Origin: Antedon mediterranea
Taxonomy: Eukaryota > Animalia > Echinodermata
Assembly (NCBI RefSeq): GCF_964355755.1
Contig: NC_092676.1
Span: 12,758,771-12,822,770 of the forward strand
Reading direction: 5' to 3'
Length of the DNA: 64,000 nucleotides
Positions 54,601 to 64,000 of the stretch are shown piece after piece. The first letter of the stretch is position 1. The number at the start of each line of letters is the position of its first letter. The notes beneath the pieces were generated by a model that did no database searches, was not told the origin of the DNA, and saw nothing but the letters and a program-made list of their open reading frames with translations. The position numbers and the translations under genes were made by a program.

Positions 54601-57600
54601 AAAATAGCTTCAAATCGCATTTGGAGACGTTTTAGACCATTTTGTGCATTTCGATGAAACTCATCAAAGTGCTTAAAATCACATTTGAAATCGTTTTAGA
54701 GCATTTTGAGCATTTCGATAAAACTTTTCACACAAAAACATCAAAGTGTACAAAATAGCTTCAAATCACATTTGAAACCGTTTTAGACCATATTGAGCAT
54801 TTCGATAAAACTTTTCACACAAAAACATCAAAGTGTACAAAATAGCTTCAAATCGCATTTGGAGACGTTTTAGACCATTTTGTGTATTTCGATGAAACTT
54901 GGTTTCACAAAAACATCAAAGTGCTTAAAATCACATTTGAAAGCGTTTTAGAGCATTTTTAGCATTTCGATAATACTTTTCACACAAAAACATCAAAGTG
55001 TACAAAATAGCTTCAAATCGCATTTGGAGACGTTTTAGACCATTTTGTGCATTTCGATGAAACTTGGTTACACAAAAACATCAAAGTGCTTAAAATCACA
55101 TTTAAAACAGTTTTAGAGCATTTCGATAAAACTTTTCACACAAAAACATCAAAGTGTACAAAATAGCTTCAAATCGCATTTGGAGACGTTTTAGACCATT
55201 TTGTGCATTTCGATGAAACTTGGTTACACAAAAACATCAAAGTGCTTAAAATCACATTTGAAACCGTTTTAGAGCATTTTTAGCATTTCGATAATACTTT
55301 TCACACAAAAACATCAAAGTGTACAAAATAGCTTCAAATCGCATTTGGAGACGTTTTAGACCATTTTGTGCATTTCGATGAAACTTGGTTACACAAAAAC
55401 ATCAAAGTGCTTAAAATCACATTTGAAATCGTTTTAGACCATTTTGAGCATTTCGATAAAACTTTTCACACAAAAAAATCAAAGTGCACAAAATAGCTTC
55501 AAATCGCATTTGGAGACGTTTTAGACTATTTTGTGCATTTCGAAAAAATTTGTTAACATAAAAAGACCAAAGTGTTTAGAATATCTCCAAATCGCATTTG
55601 GAGACGTTTTAAATCATTTTGTGCATTTCGATGGAACTTGGTTACACAAAAACATCAAAGTGCTTAAAATCACATTTAAAACCGTTTTAGAGCATTTTGA
55701 GCATTTCGATAAAACTTTTCACACAAAAACATCAAAGTGTACAAAATAGCTTCAAATCGCATTTAGAGAGGTTTTAGACCATTTTGTGCATTTCGATAAA
55801 ACTTTACACACAAAAACATCAAAGTGTACAAAAAAGCTTCAAATCGCATTTAGAGACGTTTTAGACCATTTTGTGCATTTCGATAAAACTTTTCACACAA
55901 AAACATAAAATTGCACAAAATAGCTTAATATCGTGTTTGAAAACGTTTTAAACCATTTTGAGCATGTCGATAAAACTTTTCACACAAAAATATCAAAGTG
56001 CACAGAATATCTTCAAATCGCATTTAGAGACGTTTTAGACCATTTTGTGCATTTCGAAAAAATTTGTTAACATAAAAAGACCAAAGTGTTTAGAATATCT
56101 CCAAATCGCATTTGGAGACGTTTTAGACCATTTTGTGCATTTCGATGAAACTTGGTTACATAAAAACATCAAAGTGCTTAAAATCACATTTAAAACCGTT
56201 TTAGAGCATTTTGAGCATTTCGATAAAACTTTTCACACAAAAACATCAAAGTGTACAAAATAGCTTCAAATCACATTTGAAACCGTTTTAGACCATTTTG
56301 AGCATTTCGATAAAACTTTTCACACAAAAACATCAAAGTGTACAAAATGGCTTCAAATCGCATTTGGAGACGTTTTAGAGCATTTTGAGCATTTCGATCA
56401 AACTTTTCACACAAAAACATCAAAGTGTACAAAATAACTTCAAATCGCATTTAGAGACGTTTTAGACCATTTTGTGCATTTTGGTAAAACTTTTCACACA
56501 AAAACATCAAATTGCACAAAATAGCTTAATATCGTGTTTGAAAACGTTTTAAACCATTTTGAGCATGTCGATAAAACTTTTCACATAAAAATATCAAAGT
56601 GCACAGAATAGCTTCAAATCGCATTTGGAGACGTTTTAGACCATTTTGTGCATTTTGGTAAAACTTTTCACACAAAAACATCAAATTGCACAAAATAGCT
56701 TAATATCGTGTTTGAAAACGTTTTAAACCATTTTGAGCATGTCGATAAAACTTTTCACTCAAAAATATCAAAGTGCACAGAATATCTTCAAATCGCATTT
56801 AGAGACGTTTTAGACCATTTTGTGCATTTTGAAAAAATTTGTTAACATAAAAAGACCAAAGTGTTTAGAATATCTCCAAATCGCATTTGGAGACGTTTTA
56901 GACCATTTTGTGTTTTTCGAAAAAACTTTTCACACAAAAACATCAAAGTGTACAAAATTGCTTCAAATCGCATTTGGAGACGTTTTAGACCATTTTGTGC
57001 ATTTTGGTAAAACTTTTCACACAAAAACATCAAAATTCACAAAATAGCTTAATATCGTGTTTGAAAACGTTTTAAACCATTTTGAGCATGTCGATAAAAC
57101 TTTTCACTCAAAAATATCAAAGTGCACAGAATATCTTCAAATCGCATTTAGAGACGTTTTAGACCATTTTGTGCATTTCGAAAAAAATTGTTAACATAAA
57201 AAGACCAAAGTGTTTAGAATATCTCCAAATCGCATTTGGAGACGTTTTAGACCATTTTGCGCATTTCGATGAAACTTGGTTACACAAAAACATCAAAGTG
57301 CTTAAAATCACATTTAAAACCGTTTTAGAGCGTTTTGAGCATTTCGATAAACTTTTCAAACAAAAACATCAAAGTGTACAAAATAGCTTCAAATCGTATT
57401 TGGAGACGTTTTAGACCATTTTGTGCGTTTCGATGAATCTTGGTTACACAAAAACATCAAAGTGCTTAAAATCACATTTAAAACCGTTTTAGTGCATTTT
57501 GAGCATTTCGATAAAACTTTTCACACAAAAACATCAAAGTGCACAAAATAGCTTCAAATCGCATTTAGAGATGTTTTAGACCATTTTGTGCGTTTCGATA

Positions 57601-60600
57601 AAACTTTTCACACAAAAACATCAAATTGCACAAAATAGCTTAATATCGTGTTTGAAAACGTTTTAGACCATTTTGAGCATGTCGATAAAACTTTTCACAC
57701 AAAAACATAAAAGTGCACAAAATAGCTTCAAATCGCATTTAGAGATGTTTTAGACCATTTTGTGCATTTCGATAAAACTTTTCACACAAAAACATCAAAT
57801 TGCACAAAATAGCTTAATACCGTGTTTGAAATCGTTTTAAACCATTTTGAGCATGTCGATAAAACTTTTCACAAAAAAACATCAAAGTGCACAGAATAGC
57901 TTCAAATCGCATTTGGAGACGTTTTAAACCATTTTGTGCATTTCGATAAAACTTTTCACATAAAAACATCAAAGTGTCCAAAATAGCTTCAAATCGCATT
58001 TAGAGACGTTTTAGACCATTTTGGGCATTTATAAAAGTGCTTAAAATCACATTTCAAACCGTTTTAGAGCATTTTGAGCATTTCGATAAAACTTTTCACA
58101 CAAAAACATCAAAGTGCACAAAATAGCTTCAAATCGCATTTAGAGATGTTTTAGACCATTTTGTGCAATTCGATAAAACTTTTCACACAAAAACATCAAA
58201 GTGCACAAAATAGCTTCAAATCGCATTTAGAGATGTTTTAGACCATTTTGTGCATTTCGATAAAACTTTTCACACAAAAACATAAAAGTGAACAGAATAG
58301 CTTCAAATTGCATTTGGAGACGTTTTAGAGCATTTGGTGCATTTCGATAAAATGTGTTAACATAAAAAGACCAAAGTGTTTAGAATATCTTCAAATCACA
58401 TTTGGAGACGTTTTAGACCATTTTTGGCATTTCGATGAAACTTGGTTACACAAAAACATCAAAGTGCTTAAAATCACATTTAAAACCGTTTTAGAGCATT
58501 TTGAGCATTTCGATAAAACTTTTCACACAAAAACATCAAAGTGTACAAAATAGCTTCAAATCGCATTTAGAGAGGTTTTAGACCATTTTGTGCATTTCGA
58601 TAAAACTTTTCACACAAAAACATCAAAGTGTACAAAATAACTTCAAATCGTATTTAGAGACGTTTTAGACCATTTTGTGCATTTTGATAAAACTTTTCAC
58701 ACAAAAACATCAAATTGCACAAAATAGCTTAATATCGTGTTTGAAAACGTTTTAAACCATTTTGAGCATGTCGATAAAACTTTTCACACAAAAATATCAA
58801 AGTGCACAGAATATCTTCAAATCGCATTTAGAGACGTTTTAGACCATTTTGTGCATTTCGAAAAAATTTGTTAACATAAAAAGACCAAAGTGTTTAGAAT
58901 ATCTCCAAATCGCATTTGGAGACGTTTTAGACCATTTTGTGTTTTTCGAAAAACTTTTCACACAAAAACATCAAAGTGTAGAAAATTGCTTCAAATCGCA
59001 TTTAGAGACGTTTTAGACCATTTTGTGCATTTCGAAAAAACTTTTTAAAATAAAAACACCAAAGTGCTTAGAATAGCTTCAAATCGCATTTGGAGACGTT
59101 TTAGACCATTTTGTGCATTTCGATGAAACTTGGTTACACAAAAACATCAAAGTGCTTAAAATCACATTTGAAACCGTTTTAGAGCATTTTGAGCATTTCG
59201 ATAAAACTTTTCACACAAAAACATCAAAGTGTACAAAATAGCTTCAAATCACATTTGAAACCGTTTTAGACTATTTTGAGCATTTCGATAAAACTTTTCA
59301 CACAAAAACATCAAAGTGTACAAAATAGCTTCAAATCGCATTTGGAGACGTTTTAGACCATTTTGTGCATTTCGATGAAACTTGGTTACACAAAAACATC
59401 AAAGTGCTTAAAATTACATTTGAAAGCGTTTTAGAGCATTTTGAGCATTTCGATAATACTTTTCACACAAAAACATCAAAGTGTACAAAATAGCTTCAAA
59501 TCGCATTTGGAGATGTTTTAGACCATTTTGTGCATTTCGATGAAACTTGGTTACACAAAAACATCAAAGTGCTTAAAATCACATTTGAAACCGTTTTAGA
59601 CCATTTTGAGCGTGTCGATAAAACTTTTCACACATAAAAATCAGAGTGCACTAAATAGCTTCAAATCGCATTTGGAGACGTTTTAGACCATTTTGTGCAT
59701 ATCGATGAAACTTGGTTACACAAAAACATCAAAGTGCTTAAAATCACATTTGAAATCGTTTTAGACCATTTTGAGCGTTTCGATAAAACTTTTCACACAA
59801 AAAAATCAAAGTGCACAAAATAGCTTCAAATCGCATTTGGAGACGTTTTAGACTATTTTGTGCATTTCGAAAAAATTTGTTAACATAAAAAGACCAAAGT
59901 GTTTAGAATATCTCCAAATCGCATTTGGAGACGTTTTAAACCATTTTGTGCATTTCGATGGAACTTGGTTACACAAAAACATCAAAGTGCTTAAAATCAC
60001 ATTTAAAACCGTTTTAGAGCATTTTGAGCATTTCGATAAAACTTTTCACACAAAAACATCAAAGTGTACAAAATAGCTTCAAATCGCATTTAGAGAGGTT
60101 TTAGACCATTTTGTGCATTTCGATAAAACTTTTCAAACAAAAACATCAAAGTGTACAAAATAGCTTCAAATCGCATTTAGAGACGTTTTAGACCATTTTG
60201 TGCATTTCGATAAAACTTTTCACACAAAAACATCAAATTGCACAAAATAGCTTAATATCGTGTTTAAAACCGTTTTTACCATTTTGAGCATTTCGATAAA
60301 CTTTTCACACAAAAACATCAAAGTGCACAAAATAGCTTCAAATCGCATTTAGAGATGTTTTAGAACATTTTGTGCATTTCGATAAAATTTTTCACACAAA
60401 AACATCAAATTGCACAAAAAAGCTTAATACCGTGTTTGAAATCGTTTTAAACCAATTTGAGCATGTCGATAAAACTTTTCACACAAAAACATCAAAGTGC
60501 ACAGAATATCTTCAAATCGCATTTAGAGACGTTTTAGACCATTTTGGGCATTTCGATGAAACTTGGTTACACAAATACATAAAAGTGCTTAAAATCACAT

Positions 60601-63600
60601 TTAAAACCGTTTTAGAGCATTTTGAGCATTTCGATAAAACTTTTCACACAAAAACATCAAAGTGTACAAAATAGCTTCAAATCGCATTTAGAGAGGTTTT
60701 AGACCATTTTGTGCATTTCGATAAAACTTTTCACACAAAAACATCAAAGTGTACAAAATAACTTCAAATCGTATTTAGAGACGTTTTAGACCATTTTGTG
60801 CATTTTGATAAAACTTTTCACACAAAAACATCAAATTGCACAAAATAGCTTAATATCGTGTTTGAAAACGTTTTAAACCATTTTGAGCATGTCGATAAAA
60901 CTTTTCACACAAAAACATCAAATTGCACAAAATAGCTTAATATCGTGTTTGAAAACGTTTTAAACCATTTTGAGCATGTCGATAAAACTTTTCACACAAA
61001 AATATCAAAGTGCACAGAATATCTTCAAATCGCATTTAGAGACGTTTTAGACCATTTTGTGCATTTCGAAAAAATTTGTTAACATAAAAAGACCAAAGTG
61101 TTTAGAATATCTCCAAATCGCATTTCGAGACGTTTTAGACCATTTTGTGTTTTTCGAAAAAACTTTTCACACAAAAACATCAAAGTGTACAAAATTGCTT
61201 CAAATCGCATTTGGAGACGTTTTAGACCATTTTGTGATTTTCGAAAAACTTTTCACACAAAAACATCAAAGTGTAGAAAATTGCTTCAAATCGCATTTAG
61301 AGACGTTTTAGACCATTTTGTGCATTTCGAAAAAATTTGTTAACATAAAAAGACCAAAGTGTTTAGAATATTTCCAAATCGCATTTGGAGACGTTTTAGA
61401 CCATTTTGTGCATTTCGATGAAACTTGGTTACACAAAAACATCAAAGTGCTTAAAATCACATTTAAAACCGTTTTAGAGCGTTTTGAGCATTTCGATAAA
61501 CTTTTCACACAAAAACATCAAAGTGCACAAAATAGCATTTAGAGATGTTTTAGACCATTTTGTGCATTTCGATAAAACTTTTCACACAAAAACATCAAAT
61601 TGCACAAAAAAGCTTAATACCGTGTTTGAAATCGTTTTAAACCAATTTGAGCATGTCGATAAAACTTTTCACACAAAAACATCAAAGTGCACAGAATATC
61701 TTCAAATCGCATTTAGAGACGTTTTAGACCATTTTGTGCATTTCGAAAAAATTTGTTAACATAAAAAGACCAAAGTGTTTAGAATATCTCCAAATCGCAT
61801 TTGGAGACGTTTTAGACCATTTTGTGCATTTCGATGAAACTTGGTTACACAAAAACATCAAAGTGCTTAAAATCACATTTGAAACCGTTTTAGAGAATTT
61901 TGAGCATTTCGATAAAACTTTTCACACAAAAACATCAAAGTGTACAAAATAGCTTCAAATCACATTTGAAACCGTTTTAGACCATTTTGAGCATTTCGAT
62001 AAAACTTTTCACACAAAAACATCAAAGTGTACAAAATAGCTTCAAATCGCATTTGGAGACGTTTTAGACCATTTTGTGCATTTCGATGAAACTTGGTTAC
62101 ACAAAAACATCAAAGTGCTTAAAATCACATTTGAAATCGTTTTAGACCATTTTGAGCATTTCGATAAAACTTTTCACACAAAAAAATCAAAGTGCACAAA
62201 ATAGCTTCAAATCGCATTTGGAGACGTTTTAGACTATTTTGTGCATTTCGAAAAAATTTGTTAACATAAAAAGACCAAAGTGTTTAGAATAGCTTCAAAT
62301 CGCATTTGGAGACGTTTTAGACCATTTTGTGCATTTCGATGAAACTTGGTTACACAAAAACATCAAAGTGCTTAAAATCACATTTGAAACCGTTTTAGAG
62401 CATTTTGAGCATTTCGATAAAACTTTTCACACAAAAACATCAAAGTGTACAAAATAACTTCAAATCGCATTTAGAGACGTTTTAGACCATTTTGTGCATT
62501 TTGGTAAAACTTTTCACACAAAAACATCAAATTGCACAAAATAGCTTAATATCGTGTTTGAAAACGTTTTAAACCATTTTGAGCATGTCGATAAAACTTT
62601 TCACATAAAAATATCAAAGTGCACAGAATAGCTTCAAATCGCATTTGGAGACGTTTTAGACAATTTTGTGCATTTTGGTAAAACTTTTCACACAAAAACA
62701 TCAAATTGCACAAAATAGCTTAATATCGTGTTTGAAAACGTTTTAAACCATTTTGAGCATGTCGATAAAACTTTTCACTCAAAAATATCAAAGTGCACAG
62801 AATATCTTCAAATCGCATTTAGAGACGTTTTAGACCATTTTGTGCATTTTGAAAAAATTTGTTAACATAAAAAGACCAAAGTGTTTAGAATATCTCCAAA
62901 TCGCATTTGGAGACGTTTTAGACCATTTTGTGTTTTTCGAAAAAACTTTTCACACAAAAACATCAAAGTGTACAAAATTGCTTCAAATCGCATTTGGAGA
63001 CGTTTTAGACCATTTTGTGCATTTTGGTAAAACTTTTCACACAAAAACATCAAAATTCACAAAATAGCTTAATATCGTGTTTGAAAACGTTTTAAACCAT
63101 TTTGAGCATGTCGATAAAACTTTTCACTCAAAAATATCAAAGTGCACAGAATATCTTCAAATCGCATTTAGAGACGTTTTAGACCATTTTGTGCATTTCG
63201 AAAAAAATTGTTAACATAAAAAGACCAAAGTGTTTAGAATATCTCCAAATCGCATTTGGAGACGTTTTAGACCATTTTGCGCATTTCGATGAAACTTGGT
63301 TACACAAAAACATCAAAGTGCTTAAAATCACATTTAAAACCGTTTTAGAGCGTTTTGAGCATTTCGATAAACTTTTCAAACAAAAACATCAAAGTGTACA
63401 AAATAGCTTCAAATCGTATTTGGAGACGTTTTAGACCATTTTGTGCGTTTCGATGAATCTTGGTTACACAAAAACATCAAAGTGCTTAAAATCACATTTA
63501 AAACCGTTTTAGTGCATTTTGAGCATTTCGATAAAACTTTTCACACAAAAACATCAAAGTGCACAAAATAGCTTCAAATCGCATTTAGAGATGTTTTAGA

Positions 63601-64000
63601 CCATTTTGTGCGTTTCGATAAAACTTTTCACACAAAAACATCAAATTGCACAAAATAGCTTAATATCGTGTTTGAAAACGTTTTAGACCATTTTGAGCAT
63701 GTCGATAAAACTTTTCACACAAAAACATAAAAGTGCACAAAATAGCTTCAAATCGCATTTAGAGATGTTTTAGACCATTTTGTGCGTTTCGATAAAACTT
63801 TTCACACAAAAACATCAAATTGCACAAAATAGCTTAATATCGTGTTTGAAAACGTTTTAGACCATTTTGAGCATGTCGATAAAACTTTTCACACAAAAAC
63901 ATAAAAGTGCACAGAATAGCTTCAAATCGCATTTGGAGACGTTTTAGACCATTTTGTGCATTTCGAAAAAACTTTTTAACATAAAAACACCAAAGTGCTT
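51680..64000 (+). repeat. Segmental copy of ~24610-37355, including HOR copy 4 (~55120-62125)
   Basis: Offset 27071 (25277/52348, 25704/52775, 27058/54129, 28460/55531), then 26645 after a 426-bp deletion (30175/56820, 33213/59858, 36544/63189). The match continues to the window end. Confidence 0.92.

Larger units (their letters stand above)
1..64000 (+). repeat. Tandem satellite DNA array, ~87-bp monomer family (78-88 bp variants), runs off both window ends
   Basis: Consensus GATAAAACTTTTCACACAAAAACATCAAAGTGTACAAAATAGCTTCAAATCGCATTTGGAGACGTTTTAGACCATTTTGTGCATTTC (87 bp, 28 G+C) and its variants recur head-to-tail from base 1 to 64000. No reverse-orientation copy or unique insert was seen. 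Strand is arbitrary. Confidence 0.99.

Noticed and set aside
43-63434. About 120 short ORFs (61-110 aa) on both strands, as a possible repeat-protein or peptide gene family
   Set aside because: All are translations of the satellite. Monomers of 87 and 78 bp are multiples of three, so peptides recur. Many + strand ORFs start at TTG/GTG and end at the repeat's AAATAG, and frameshifting indels are freely amplified. No recognisable domain is present.
1-64000. CRISPR-like array, given regular spacing and a palindromic core
   Set aside because: There are no unique spacers; the sequence between conserved cores is itself homologous repeat. No leader or cas genes are present.
1-64000. Telomeric repeat suggested by TTTTAGAG/TTTTAGAC motifs
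   Set aside because: These occur once or twice per monomer, never as a short tandem run, and there is no G-rich strand.
1-64000. Monomer order as a programmed code or cassette-shuffling system
   Set aside because: Order regularities (D-E-C-B-A) are explained by descent from duplicated modules and in-register recombination. No recombinase, expression site or inversion is visible.

Overview
The whole 64 kb is one uninterrupted, head-to-tail, single-orientation AT-rich tandem satellite array. The consensus monomer is about 32% GC, and there are roughly 750 monomers of 78-88 bp. I see no unique sequence, transposon, RNA gene, CRISPR array or credible protein-coding gene; every ORF in the track is a short translation of the repeat. 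A small alphabet of monomer types (A/F/D/E 87 bp, C/G 88 bp, B 78 bp) is assembled into nested higher-order repeats (HORs): a 165-bp A+B dimer, a 426-bp 5-mer, a ~7.3-kb HOR in four near-identical copies, a ~14-kb core cycle, and a ~12.5-kb segment duplicated ~27 kb away. Many recent in-register duplications and deletions and several inherited repair scars are superimposed. Monomers carry nested dyad symmetry and phased A/T tracts. By inference this resembles eukaryotic (peri)centromeric satellite in active turnover. I cannot name the organism or satellite family, and I find no gene-encoded novel system. Offsets come from matching identical ORFs in the track plus manual spot checks, not a computed alignment, so block boundaries are approximate.
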